Assembly: GCA_964016885.1 (NCBI GenBank)
Contig: OZ024744.1
Location: forward strand, 113,212,001 to 113,276,000
DNA length: 64,000 nucleotides
Direction: 5' to 3'
Source of the DNA: Eledone cirrhosa
Taxonomy: Eukaryota
This document shows, piece after piece, positions 13,430-26,949 of the stretch (positions are counted from its first letter, which is position 1; the number at the start of each line of letters is the position of its first letter). A model generated the notes under the pieces. The model saw only the letters and a list, made by a program, of their open reading frames with translations. It had not been told where the DNA came from and ran no database searches. A program made the translations under genes and the position numbers.

Positions 13430-15320
13430 GTTGTCGTCATTGTCATCATTTTACGTCTGCTTTTCCTCACTTACAGGGGTGGGACAGGTCCTATTCAGCA
13501 CAGCATCTATCCACTTGTCTCGGTCCTTCGTCGTCATCTCCGTGAGTTTCAGCGATCTGAGGTCTGCTCTCACCACCTCTGCCCATGTTTTTCTTGGTCT
13601 TCCTTTACTGTCTTCCTTCTACTGGGATATCTTGATACTTCTTTACCCAGCAGTCATCCTCCATGCACATCACATGTCCATACCATCTCAGTCTTCTCTG
13701 CCTTCTCTAGGTCAACAAAAGCTAAGTATAGTGGCTTATTCTTCTCTAAGAACCTCTCTTGTAGTTGCCTCACCAAGAAGAAGGCATCTGTTGTACTTTT
13801 CCCAGGCATAAAACCAAACTGCATCTCATCTAATTTGACCCTTTCTCTAATTAGTTGCGCTAATATTCTCTCTGCCACTTTCATAACCTGATCCATCAGT
13901 TTTATACCCCTATAATTGCTCCTCTCTAAAGCACTCCCTTTACTTTTGTAGCAATTTATGAGAATACTGCTGCACCAGTCTTTGGGTATGACACCACCAT
14001 ATATAGCTTGATTGATGATGCGTGCAACTAGTTTAGTGCCTACTTCTCCTAATGCCTTCAGCATCTCAGCAACTATCCTCGACGGTCCAGCAGCCTTACC
14101 ATTCTTCATTTCCTTAATTGTCTCTTGTACCCTATATTCGTCAATCTCAATAGCTGGTCCCTTCTGTCTGGTCTACTGGGGGTAATTTCTCTCTGTCCCA
14201 TTCGTTCTCCACATAATGACATTTCCAGGCCTCCTTTTTCTGATCATTTGTGACACTAAGTACACCAGCATCATTCCGGACACATTTATCTCCAACAACA
14301 TCTTGATTTACACTGACACACTGCCTTGCAATGTGGAACACCGCACGTCTCTGATCTTCCCGTCGCAGAACATTGGCAAACCTCCTACTCTCAGCCTCCC
14401 TGCGTGCTAAGTACACCTAACGTCTAGCTTCTCTCTTAGCGGCTGTGTATCCTTCTCTACTTCCACCGTTTTTCCAAGCCTTCCATGCCAGTCTTTTGTC
14501 TCTAATGGCCCTATCTACCGTGCTGTTCCACCACCAGGTCACTCTCTGTCTGGTTGAAGCTCTGCTCCAGCCACAAGTTTCTTCAGTAGACTGCAGTAAG
14601 TTGTCATGTAAGAAATTCCAGTTATTATCTGTCATACAACTCTAAATCGTCTTTTTTTTCGTCATACACATCTTGAAGGGCTTTGCTGAATTTATATTTT
14701 AATGAAAGGTCTTTTAGCTTCCAGACCTTTCTTTTCCACACCTTCCTGTATGTCTCATTCTTTCTCTTGCTTACTGAGATGTCACTAACAACTAACCTAT
14801 GCTGTGGGGTACATTCTTCTCCAGGGTATGCCTTAGTATTTGACCCCATCTGTCTGTCTCGCTGTCTAACTAGCAGGAAGTAAATCTGGCTTATGTGCTT
14901 GCCTGATTTGTAGGTTATTAGGTGGTTGGTAGGCTTCTGGAAGTTAGTGTTGCAAATGGTTAGTGCATATGCATCACAAAACTCAAGAAGCCTCACTCCA
15001 TTTCTTGAGCCGTAACCGTGCCCACCATGTACCTCAGTGTATCCATCCTGGAGGTGTCCAACATGTCCACTGAAGTCTCCCGTTAGCATAACGATGTGTC
15101 TGTCCTCAAGGCGGTTTGTAAAAGTTGCTCGTAAAAGCAGTCTTTCTCTTCTTTGCCTAGGCCTGGGGAGCATAGGCAGAGATGATTGTCAGTAGTCTCT
15201 TGGCTACAACTAATCTAAGCTTAATTGTTCTATCACTAACTCTAACTACCTCTATTGTCTTATTGATCCATCTCTCAGCAAGTAATATGCCCACCCCACC
15301 TAACCCATCATCATTACCCA
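13430..15320 (-). mobile_element. RTE LINE (endonuclease to 3' end, internally deleted)
   Basis: GGVGILLAE, IISAYAPQA, GDFSGHVG, QHRLVVSD, GKAAGPSRIVAEMLK, LYLAFVDLEKA; (ATG)-like tail near 13430-13450. Confidence 0.9.
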
Positions 15321-15950
15321 CCAGTCTACACTGTAAAGTGGCTTTGTAGGAGACACAGTAAAAGCTCCCAGTCCACACTGTAAAGTGGTTTTGTAGGAGA
15401 CAGTAAAAAGTACCCAGTCTACACTGTAAAGTGGTTTTGTAGGAGACACAGTAAAAAGTACCCAGTCCACACTGTAAAGTGGTTTTGTAGGAGACACAGT
15501 AAAAAGTACCCAGTCCACACTGTAAAGTGGTTTTGTAGGAGACAGTAAAAAGCTCCCAGTCTACACTGTAAAGTGGTTTTGTAGGAGACAGTAAAAAGCT
15601 CCCAGTCCACACTGTAAAGTGGTTTTGTAGGAGACGCAGTAAAAAGTACCCAGTCCACACTGTAAAGTGGTTTTGTAGGAGACACAGTAAAAAGTACCCA
15701 GTCCACACTGTAAAGTGGTTTTGTAGGAGACACGGTAAAAAGCTCCCAGTCCACACTGTAAAGTGGTTTTGTAGGAGACACAGTAAAAAGCTCCCAGTCT
15801 ACACTGTAAAGTGGTTTTATAGGAGACAGTAAAAAGCTCCCAGTCTACACTGTAAAGTGGTTTTGTAGGAGACAGTAAAAAGCTCCCAGTCCACACTGTA
15901 AAGTGGTTTTGTAGGAGACACAGTAAAAAGCTCCCAGTCTACACTGTAAA
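15321..15950. repeat. 46/48-bp minisatellite (~13 copies) derived from the RTE/SINE 3' tail
   Basis: Unit cccagtccacactgtaaagtggttttgtaggagacacagtaaaaagta; last copy runs into the normal tail ...ctgtaaatgtggttggtgttaggaagg (15950-16112). Confidence 0.9.
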
Positions 15951-16122
15951 TGTGGTTGGTGTTAGGAAGGAGATCTAGCCATAGAAAACCTGCCAGGGAC
16001 AGTTCTGTACGAGCGAAACATGGTCTCCCGACCAATCCTGCATCAAATGGAACAAAACCATCTAACCCATGCTAGCGTCGTGGCAGATGGATGTTAAACG
16101 ATGATGATGATGATATATATAT

Positions 16123-16457
16123 GGAGGCACATGGCTTAGTGGTTAGAGCATTGGCTTTACAATCGAAAGGTTGTGAGTTCAATTCTCAGACCGGGTGATG
16201 TGTTGTTTCCTTGAGCAAGACACTTTATTTCACATTGCTCCAGTTTACTCAGCTGTAGAAATGAGATGATAGGGACTGGGGTCCCTATCATTCCACTGCA
16301 AAGTGGTCGTGGAGGTGCCACGGCAAAAAAGCACCCAGCACTCACTGTAAATGTGGTTGGTGTTAGGAAGGGCATCCAGCTGTAGAAATCAAGCCAGAAT
16401 CAGTTCCCGTCCCACCCTTGCAAGCAGGGAAAAAGCGGACGTAAAATGATGATGATA
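16123..16457 (+). mobile_element. Full-length CORE-type tRNA SINE (family 2) with RTE-derived 3' tail
   Basis: A box TGGCTTAGTGG, B box GAGTTCAATTC, core tttccttgagcaagacact, tail aaaagcacccagcactcactgtaaatgtggttggtgttaggaagggcatccagc shared with RTE 3' UTR at ~13030-13100, (GAT)n end. Confidence 0.88.
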
Positions 16458-16631
16458 TATATATATATATGAGACAACAAAGCAGCTTTTTCTCACAGAA
16501 AACTTTTATAACAGAAATTATTGTAATTTAAATTTAAATATGAAACACTTTGAAATAGAGTTGCTATGGTGTTGTAGTTGGTGGTGGTGATTGTGGTGAT
16601 GGTTAAAACTTATTGAAACAAATTTACTTAC

Positions 16632-16715
16632 CTTGCCCATTAACGTCAACTGAAATCCCCTTTTCAAGTTCATTGATGCCCTTCCTGTAGAATTCTATTG
16701 CTAACTCCTTACGAC
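16632..16715 (-). CDS. SPAST: Spastin exon, first half of MIT domain (84 bp, phase 1-1)
   Basis: atgacag|GTCGT...GGCAAG|gtaagt; translates (G)RKELAIEFYRKGINELEKGISVDVNGQ(G), matching spastin [27 protein letters not shown]. Confidence 0.93.
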
Positions 16716-17514
16716 CTGTCATAGAAAACAATAAAAATATTAACATTAGCACAACAACAACAGTATTGATAGTATTTATGTTAACACAACAACAAAAGTG
16801 CCCCATTCTGTCACATGCTAAAGATGTCACAAGCTCTCCTCCTATCTAGATGTCATTGCCAGAGACTGGTATTGATGTTCAGGATATAGGTAATGGAATA
16901 TGTGACAGACCTACATGACAATCTGAGCCCATTTCAGTTGAGGCCACATGATAGATTGTGGAGGAGATTTGGCTACTCTTTCTAGCATGATAGGGTGTAT
17001 ATTGAGTGTATTTCAGCTAAAACTGCAGAATGGTGATGATGATGATAATTATGCCTAGCCTCCTAGAATTAAGATATTTATAACAACACTAAGCTCATTT
17101 ATTAACCTATTTCTAATGAGATACTGCCTATGATTTTCAAATAATTTTTTAGATAACCAAGAATTTAGTAATATAACTAATTTTATCATTATTAAATTAG
17201 TAATTGGAATGTAACTTAAAGGTATTAGATTAAATCTGTGATGAAAAGGTTTTTAGATAAATATAAACACTTTAAAACAAACAGTTTTGAATCATAGAAC
17301 TAAGGGTGGTTTCATGTGGTTTGGTGTCAAATGAGATACTCTCGTTTTCTTGAATATTTCTGATATTGCACTCCACACTTCTACCCTCCACTCCACAGCT
17401 AAATTATTCTGACAATAAATCCCTATCCTCATAGAGACGAAAGATAATTTTTCATTACAATATAGATTTAACTCTATTTTGTCACTTGTATTTGTGATCA
17501 TAATCTTTGAGTCA

Positions 17515-18035
17515 TTACCCAAGATTCATGACCATAAAATGGAAAAAGTTCAGGGAGCAACTGCATCTGTTGACATCAAAATGTTTCTCTTGATGAAAGA
17601 AAGTTAGGCTGTATGATGCTTGTGTATGAAGTATGATGTACATGGTAGTGAGAGATAGGCAGTGAATGTAGAGGATATGTGAAGGGTGGAGAGAAATGAA
17701 GCAAGCATGCTTTGATGGATGTACAATGTTAATGTAAGAGAACAACAAAGCATTGATGAACTGAGAGAAAAGCTAGGGATAAGAGGAATAAGATGTAGTG
17801 TGCAGCAGAAAAGACTGCCCTGGTATGGAGATGTGATGCACATGAATGATGATTACTGAGTGAAGTGCCAAGTAATCCCAGTAAAAGAGAGCTATAGTAA
17901 GGGAAACCAAGGAAGACATGGGAGGAGGCTGTGAGAAGATATCACACTCACAGAAGAGATGACAAAGGACTGCAACTAGTGGGGAGATGCTGTATTGGAA
18001 AAGATTGGTCCAAACCATGCAAGCTTGGAAAAAGA
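17515..18035 (+). mobile_element. Degenerate RTE LINE 3' fragment
   Basis: Nucleotide similarity to 12430-12800 (aaaaagttcagggagc, ggctgtatgatgcttgtgta, tggtatggagatgtgatg). Confidence 0.75.
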
Positions 18036-18244
18036 TGTATGTTGATAAAGATGATTTATATTGGAAATATGAGGTGCAGCAAGAGTTCAAATGATCGTCT
18101 CACCTTCATTAGTTTCAAAACAAATTCCAATGTCCCTTTATTCCAAAGACAATACAACATTACTATAAAATTAGCAGGATGCCTTCTGTTGCTTTTTCAA
18201 CTTACATTCCTACATATCAAAAAATAAAAAACACTCATCACCAT

Positions 18245-19555
18245 GGCATGATGGTTGCATGGATCACCCTGACTCTCTCCATCTGTTTTGGTCCTCCATA
18301 TTCCACTCAGTACTCTTACATAGCTGTTTAATATAGGTTCTGTGTGATATACCAATGTAGGTATATCTATGTAGGTCTACCACTGTCGGTATATCTATGT
18401 CTTGGTCCTACATATTCCACTGTTTAATGTAGGTTCTGTGTGGTCTACCACTGTAGGTATATCTCTGTCTTGGTCCTACATATTCCACTGTTTAATGTAG
18501 GTTCTGTGTGGTCTACCAATGTAGGTATATTTCTGTCTTGGTCCTACATATTCCACTGTTTAATGTAGGTTCTGTGTGGTCTACCAATGTAGGTATATCT
18601 ATGTCTTGGTCCTACATATTCTACTGTTTAATGTAGGTTCTGTGTGGTCTACCAATGTAGGTATATTTCTGTCTTGGTCCTACATATTCCACTGTTTAAT
18701 GTAGGTTCTGTGGTCTACCAATGTAGGTATATCTATGTCTTGGTCCTACATATTCTACTGTTTAATGTAGGTTCTGTGTGGTCTACCAATGTGGGTATAT
18801 CTCTGTCTTGGTCCTACATATTCCACTTAATACCCTTACATAGCAGTTTACTGTAGGTTCTGTCTGGAGATGGTAGGAGATAATACAGATAGATGGTATG
18901 AGATATTACAGGTAAATGGTTGTAGAGATGGTATGAGATATTACAGATAGGTGGTTGTAGAGATGATATATTACTGGTAGATGGTTGTAGAGATGGTATA
19001 TTACAGGTAAATGGTTGTTGAGATGGTATATTACAGGTAGATGGTTGTAGAGATGGTATATTACAGGTAGATGGTTGTAGAGATGGTATATTACAGGTAG
19101 ATGGTTGTAGAGATGGTATATTACAGGTAGATGGTTGTAGAGATGGTATATTACAGGTAGATGGTTGTAGAGATGGTATATTACAGGTAGATGGTTGTAG
19201 AGATGGTATATTACAGGTAGATGGTTGTAGAGATGGTATATTACAGGTAGATGGTTGTAGAGATGGTATATTACAGGTAGATGGTTGTAGAGATGGTATA
19301 TTACAGGTAGATGGTTGTAGAGATGGTATATTACAGGTAGATGGTTGTAGAGATGGTATATTACAGGTAGATGGTTGTAGAGATGGTATATTACAGGTAA
19401 ATGGTTGTAGAGATGGTATGATATATTACAGGTAAATGGCCATCAGGGTGCTGCCACCAGGATATTTTTAAAGCCACTCTGAACATTCTTGTGCATGTTC
19501 CATCTAGCTTCTTCTCAAGTTGCTTAGTGAGTGTTCACATAGCACTCCTGTACAG
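18245..19555. repeat. Composite block A: RTE-like fragment carrying a 68-bp (~7x) and a 30-bp (~18x) minisatellite
   Basis: 68-bp period at 18421/18489/18557; 30-bp unit agatggtatattacaggtagatggttgtag; inverted copy at 25219-26300. Confidence 0.9.
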
Positions 19556-20029
19556 CAAAACCAACTCCATTGTCGCTTGAAAGAATTTATGTTTTATTTG
19601 TTTTGGAGAGCTTCAATTTCCAAATTGTCAGCTTATTCAAAGCAGTGCAAGCTTTATCAATGTATGTGTTTATGTCATTTGTAGTGAGACCTAATTTCAG
19701 ATCTTGCTTCCTAGATAAATGACCTGCTCAACTCTTTTCAAAAGTAAGCCCTGGTGGAGACGAAAGGTCAGTCACGACATGCTTTGTGACTTAGGACAGG
19801 TCAGTCAAGACATACAGTGTGACATGGGCATTCTAAAGCTGGTGGAGCTCAGCTCTCTTCAGGTCTGAATGCAGGTGATTTCTTCCAAAGAAGAATGACT
19901 CAACCTCACTTACTGGACTGCTACTTTCTTTATCTACCTCAAAAGGATCAAAAGATAAAGCTGACCTCAGAATGAGGGGAGCTGGAATCAAATACCACAA
20001 ACCATTCTATCTGGAATTTTATGGTAAAT

Positions 20030-20075
<46 letters not shown>

Positions 20076-20490
20076 CTTTAACTCTGGTGGAATAGTAGGG
20101 TGACCATAGCCCATCCTAGTAAATGTATGTATAGGTATTTATATATATGTACATATGTATAAACCCTTAACTCTGGTGGAATAGTACGGTGACCGTAGCC
20201 CATCTATCTCTTCAGATTGAACCACTTCTAATTTCACAGAGAGAAAATAAGAGATATAGGTGAAGAATCAACCTCAGCAGGATTTGAACTCAGAATTCTG
20301 TAAGCTAGATGGAAAAAATACTTTATTCCCACACTCTAATGACTGCCAAATCACAGCCTTACATTGAAAAATATTTATTAATGAAAACTGAGTTTTAATA
20401 AAAGTTCACTACATAAACAGTAAAAAAAAATGTTAAATTTGTTTGGGTGGAGTTCAACATATTTGAGAAGCAGCATCTGGAATGTTATAT

Positions 20491-20870
20491 ATAATAAATA
20501 CTTACCAAAAATTTGATCAATGTTTTAGATTATTTTAAATGAGAAATATCAGTGGATCTCGTTAATAATGCAATTTAATCTTGCTGTTTGTTAATATGGA
20601 GATTTCTGACCTAAATATTTACATTTATAATTAAATTCAATGAAAGATTCTATAATGGGTGAGGAAAACTCTTCAGTTGTGCCAAAGATATGTAAACCTG
20701 TCTAGTGTGTATCAATAAACAACCACCCAGTACACTCTGTAAAGTTATTGGTGATAGGGCGTCCAGTCATAGAAAATCTGCTAAACAAAGGTATGAGTGA
20801 AATACAGTAATGGCTGGTGTGACATGAAGGAGAAGGTCAGAGACAAGCATCTTTACATAAAATGTTGTAT
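20491..20870. repeat. Block B (~380 bp), inverted-duplicated at 30027-30418
   Basis: gagaaatatcagtggatctcgttaataatgca... is the reverse complement of tgcattattaacgagatccactgatatttctc; colinear throughout. Confidence 0.9.
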
Positions 20871-21450
20871 CCAGGGTAATATCAAATTAAATAATTTTTT
20901 CTATAAACTCCATGAATTTTAGGAGGTACTAGGCTAGTATAGAAATAATTGCTACGTTCTATATGTTATAACCCAGAAGTATTTTGTAACTATTCCTATT
21001 TGCTATATGTTATGCTCTCACACAGATTGTCAAACCAACACCACCAGATGATCAATTCTATAAAAAACATATATAAACAAACATTGTATACAAAGCTAGA
21101 ACTTTCAAACTTAAGGAACGCTGAAAGAATATAAACTTTATAGAAAATGTAGTATGCTCAGGCACAGAAAGATAGCTGTAAATGCAATCAGTTTGTATAA
21201 ATAGCTTATAAAAGTGAGTAAAGACCCTTGTAAATGGAAAAAAAAGTTAACAGTGGCTGCTACGAGAGATCAAACCTTGTATCTTCAAAAGTTTGAGCTT
21301 TGCATATTATGTTTGTTTACATTTTCAAAGCTGTTTGGTGCTGCTCCTTAATTTAGATGGTAAGAACACTTAGCCAATATATAAGAATTATGAGGTTTGA
21401 TTCTATGTAGGGGTCGCTGGTAACTTCCCTTTTCATCTATGAGGGGTCGT

Positions 21451-23370
21451 TACCTAAAATACTGTCCAGTCACAGTCAAAATATCTGCTGTCCTCACTAC
21501 CTGAAATACTGTCCAGTCACAGTCAAAATATCTGCTGTCCTCACTACCTGAAATACTGTCCAGTCACAGTCAAAATATCTGCTGTCCTCATTACCTGAAA
21601 TACTGTCTAGTCACAGTCAAAATATCTGCTGTCCTCACTACCTTAAATACTGTCCAGTCAGTCAAAATATCTGCTGTCCTCACTACCTGAAATACTGTCC
21701 AGTCAGTCAAAATATCTGCTGTCCTCACTACCTGAAATACTGTCTAGTCACAGTCAAAATATCTGCTGTCCTCACTACCTGAAATACTGTCCAGTCACAG
21801 TCAAAATATCTGCTGTCCTCACTACCTGAAATACTGTCCAGTCAGTCAAAATATCTGCTGTCCTCACTACCTGAAATACTGTCCAGTCACAGTCAAAATA
21901 TCTGCTGTCCTCACTACCTGAAATACTGTCTAGTCACAGTCAAAATATCTGCTGTCCTCACTACCTGAAATACTGTCCAGTCACAGTCAAAATATCTGCT
22001 GTCCTCACTACCTGAAATACTGTCCAGTCACAGTCAAAATATCTGCTGTCCTCACTACCTGAAATACTGTCCAGTCACAGTCAAAATATCTGCTGTCCTC
22101 ACTACCTTAAATACTGTCCAGTCACAGTCAAAATATCTGCTGTCCTCACTACCTGAAATACTGTCCAGTCACAGTCAAAATATCTGCTGTCCTCACTACC
22201 TGAAATACTGTCCAGTCACAGTCAAAATATCTGCTGTCCTCACTACCTGAAATACTGTCCAGTCACAGTCAAAATATCTGCTGTCCTCACTACCTGAAAT
22301 ACTGTCCAGTCACAGTCAAAATATCTGCTGTCCTCACTACCTGAAATACTGTCCAGTCACAGTCAAAATATCTGCTGTCCTCACTACCTGAAATACTGTC
22401 CAGTCAAAATATCTGCTGTCCCCACTACCTGAAATACTGTCCAGTCACAGTCAAAATATCTGCTGTCCTCACTACCTGAAATACTGTCCAGTCACAGTCA
22501 AAATATCTGCTGTCCTCACTACCCGAAATACTGTCCAGTCACAGTCAAAATATCTGCTGTCCTCACTACCCGAAATACTGTCCAGTCACAGTCAAAATAT
22601 CTGCTGTCCTCACTACCTGAAATACTGTCCAGTCACAGTCAAAATATCTGCTGTCCTCACTACCCGAAATACTGTCCAGTCAGTCAAAATATCTGCTGTC
22701 CTCACTACCTGAAATACTGTCCAGTCACAGTCAAAATATCTGCTGTCCTCACTACCTGAAATACTGTCCAGTCACAGTCAAAATATCTGCTGTCCTCACT
22801 ACCTGAAATACTGTCCAGTCACAGTCAAAATATCTGCTGTCCTCACTACCTGAAATACTGTCTAGTCACAGTCAAAATATCTGCTGTCCTCACTACCTGA
22901 AATACTGTCCAGTCACAGTCAAAATATCTGCTGTCCTCACTACCTGAAATACTGTCCAGTCAGTCAAAATATCTGCTGTCCTCACTACCTGAAATACTGT
23001 CTAGTCACAGTCAAAATATCTGCTGTCCTCACTACCTGAAATACTGTCCAGTCACAGTCAAAATATCTGCTGTCCTCACTACCCGAAATACTGTCCAGTC
23101 ACAGTCAAAATATCTGCTGTCCTCACTACCTGAAATACTGTCTAGTCACAGTCAAAATATCTGCTGTCCTCACTACCTGAAATACTGTCCAGTCACAGTC
23201 AAAATATCTGCTGTCCTCACTACCCGAAATACTGTCTAGTCACAGTCAAAATATCTGCTGTCCTCACTACCTGAAATACTGTCCAGTCACAGTCAAAATA
23301 TCTGCTGTCCTCACTACCTGAAATACTGTCCAGTCAGTCAAAATATCTGCTGTCCTTATTACCTGAAATA
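21451..23370. repeat. 47-bp minisatellite, ~41 copies (some 45-bp variants)
   Basis: Unit aaatactgtccagtcacagtcaaaatatctgctgtcctcactacctg; period 47 (21481, 21528). Confidence 0.95.
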
Positions 23371-24144
23371 CATTTTTCCTCTGCAAAATCACGAGGAATG
23401 CTTCCTGCATGGGGAAGGAACCCTGTGAAGTAAAGTGGCTGTACTGTGTGTACTGGCTGTTTTCTGCAGTAATACCTTTGTCATTCAGTCCACACATCAC
23501 AGATGAGATATACCACCTAGACTGTGGTGGAGAATCTGACAGCCCCCCCCCCCCCCCTGCTTCTCTTTCATTATCAATTATTTTTTATTATTTCTTTCTT
23601 TTAGTTTTCTCTCTTTTTCTTAATATGCAAACGCTGATGAATTATAAATGTCTTTCTTTTATTTTAAAATAAAATTCTATTTACAGTTTATGTAAAGACT
23701 GTACAATGCAAGCAGTGGGATAAATATAGCGATAAAATCAATGAGGAAGAACTGCTAAAGGAAGGAGAGAGGGTAGATGTAGAGTGCAGTGATAACTACA
23801 GGATTTGTTTTGCTGCAGTCATGAGATGCTTCAGTTGTATCAGTTGCTTAGTTCTGATGACTCACAATGACTCAACAATTCAATAAAACAACATAAACAT
23901 TATACAAAATATCAAAAACAAACAAATAAAAATTGCAAGAACACCACCAAAAATATGAACAACTACAACAACAGCAACAACAACAACCAGTACAATAACA
24001 ACTACAACAACAGCAATCACAACAACTGAAAGAATACAATCACAACCAAAATAGGGTTCCTCCAAAGGGAAACTGTTTCCTCCTCTTCCATCTCCCACTT
24101 CTTCCTGGGAATGTTGTTGTGGGCAGAGTTGTATTAGAAGCAAC

Positions 24145-24590
24145 AGCCTCCAATTGATCCAGCTGGATCCTCAAGTGAGACAAACCAAGCTTGTGATCTC
24201 TCAATTCGGAGAAGTAACAGTTCTACCTGGAGTGATTCTGATCTCCGAGTTACACACCGTCGAGTAACGTTACTCCAAAGACCCTTCAGAAGAACCCCAT
24301 TTAATCCACTTGTATTCTCGGTCGTATTCTTTTGGTCATTACCTAAGGTTCATGACCATAGGTAAGGGTTAGCATGAATACTATATTGAAGATAGTGAGT
24401 TTAGCTTTTACGCCTACCTCCCTTCTGAATACTGAAGCTGGCACATTTCTGCACCAGCTCCTTCAATTCTTGCACCTCCTGCCTTCCATCACTTGTGAAC
24501 ACAGTTCTGAGATACTTGAACTTCTCTACCTGCTTCAGTGGAACTCTGTTCACATGTAGAGTGCACTGCACAGGCTTCCTTGAGAGGATG
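24145..24590 (-). mobile_element. RTE (Expander/Rex3-like) ORF2 C-terminal fragment
   Basis: Minus strand reads RIEGAGAEM...VGVKAKLTIFNIVFMLTLTYGHEP*VMTKRI; related fragment at ~45825-46180. Confidence 0.7.
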
Positions 24591-25218
24591 AGTGTCGATA
24601 AACTAGTTCAGTTTATCCAGCTTCCAGGGTCAATAAAATAAACGGTACTGAGGTAGTTATTAACCTTCCCTTACCACAACAATCTCCACCCACCAAAGAG
24701 ACTGCTGGCCTTGTGCCGAAATTAGGAACCATTATTATTGTCATTTTTTATTTAATAACATTTTTAACAAACCTTAACTTTCAGCTCAAATATTAATGAT
24801 GTTTTTTTACAAACAAATATATTTGCTCTCTTCAAAACACATCACTTGCTCTACCACAGGGCTGAAGTCATGACATAAAGACACAGATTATCTTGTTCTG
24901 TGGTCATGCTGGTGACATAAGAAGTACCCTGTTCTACCCTGTAAAGTGGTCGTCATGTTGGTGATATAAAAAGTACCAAGTCCACCCTGTAAGGTGGTTA
25001 TATTGGTAGCATGAGAAAAAAAGCAGTGGGTTTAACCTGGAAAGTTGTAATGTTGTGGCAGTACACGTTAAAAAGTGGTTGGTGTTAGAAAACCAAGCCA
25101 AACATAGATCGGGATGAGCAAGATATGGTCACATGACCTTTCTGGCTTTATAACCCATGCAAGCATGGAAAATAAACGTTAAACAGTGGTGATGATGTCC
25201 TAAGACAATCTGACTCAT

Positions 25219-26300
25219 TGTACAGGAGTACTATGTGAACACTCACTAAGCAACTTGAGAAGAAGCTAGATGGAACATACACAAGAATATTCAGAGTGGC
25301 TTTAAAAATATCCTGGTGGCACCTGTAATATATCATACCATCTTTACAACCATTTACCTGTAATATACCATCTCTACAACCATCTACCTGTACTATAACA
25401 TACCATCTCTACAACAATTTACCTGTAATATCTCATACTATCTCTACAACCATTTACCTGTAATATCTCATACCATCTCTACAACCATTTACCTGTAATA
25501 TCTCATACCATCGCTACAACCATCTACCTGTAATATCTCATACCATTCTCTACAACCATTTACCTGTAATATCTCATACCATTCTCTACAACCATCTACC
25601 TGTAATATATCATCTCTACAACCACCTATCTGTAATATCTCATAGCATCTCTACAACCATCTACCAGTAATATACCATCTCTACAACCATCGACCAGTAA
25701 TATACCATCTCTACAACCACCTATCTGTAATATCTCATACCATTCTCTACAACCATTCTCTACAACCATCTACCTGTAATATACCATCTCTACAACCACC
25801 TATCTGTAATATCTCATAGCATCTCTACAACCATTTACCTGTAATATACCATCTCTACAACCATCTACCAGTAATATACCATCTCTACAACCATTTACCT
25901 GTAATATACCATCTCTACAACCATCTACCAGTAATATACCATCTCTACAACCATCTATCTGTATTATCTCCTACCATCTCCAGACAGAACCTACAGTAAA
26001 CTGCTATGTAAGGGTCTTGAGTGAAATATGTAGGACCAAGACATAGATATACATACATTGGTAGACCACACAGAACCTACATTAAACAGTGGAATATGTA
26101 GGACCAAGACAGATATACCTACAGTGGTAGACCACAGAACCTACATTAAACAGTGGAATATGTAGGACCAAGACAGAGATATACCTACATTGGTAGACCA
26201 CACAGAACCTATATTAAACAGCTATGTAAGAGTACTAAGTGGAACGTGGAGGACCAAAACAGATGGAGAGAGTCATGGTGATCCATGCAACCATTATGCA
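25219..26300. repeat. Block A', inverted copy of 18245-19555
   Basis: Same RTE-like flanks (TLTKQLEKKLDGTYTRIFRVALKISW) and the same two minisatellites with different copy numbers. Confidence 0.9.
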
Positions 26301-26949
26301 AAGATAATGATGATGATAAGCAAATTCTGCAACCAGCACATCATTATTGTGATGATGAAAATCAATCATGCAACCAGCACACCAATATGATGATGATGAT
26401 GATGATGATAAACAGTCCACATTTATTTATGATGGACTTTGTAAACCCTTCAAAGAAAAAATAAACAAACATTGCTGTGTTTTTATTGGTTGATCCTATC
26501 TTTCTCTCAACTGAACAGTTCAATGAATGTCCTACCAAACTGCAGGTTCACTGGTAAGTCCTACTACTGCTGTAGCTAGTAATTACAACACTAGCATACT
26601 TATACTATAGCAATAGTAACCTGATACAACACATTAACTGGCCTAACAGGCCATGACCAACAGTCAAACAGAACAACACAACAACCAGCACTGTGCCATG
26701 GATATATTTATATAGATATTCCCTGCTGTCTGGCAACACAATTTCATATCGTTGCAGGTCATTTGCTTGTTAAAAATATACAGCAGATTATTTAAGAAAT
26801 GTTACATGTAAAATGTAGACCCCAAACCAAAGTTGGTTAAAGACACAGGATAGATGTAAAATGTAAGTTGCATTTCAAATTATTCATTAAGAACTTCAGT
26901 AACTGCAAGAACTGGTGCAGTAATGTGCTGGCTTCATCACTTGGTTATC

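Noticed and set aside
16123-16200. tRNA gene
   Set aside because: The A/B boxes belong to a SINE head; there is no cloverleaf and it continues into the SINE core and LINE tail.
21277-21350. Possible spastin exon 1 end (KEQHQTALKM...KAQTFEDT on the minus strand)
   Set aside because: In-frame stop, wrong phase and only superficial resemblance to the MIT helix-1 motif.
21451-23370. CRISPR-like appearance of the 47-bp array (and the 48-bp arrays)
   Set aside because: Units are directly adjacent with no unique spacers, there are no cas genes, and the context is eukaryotic.
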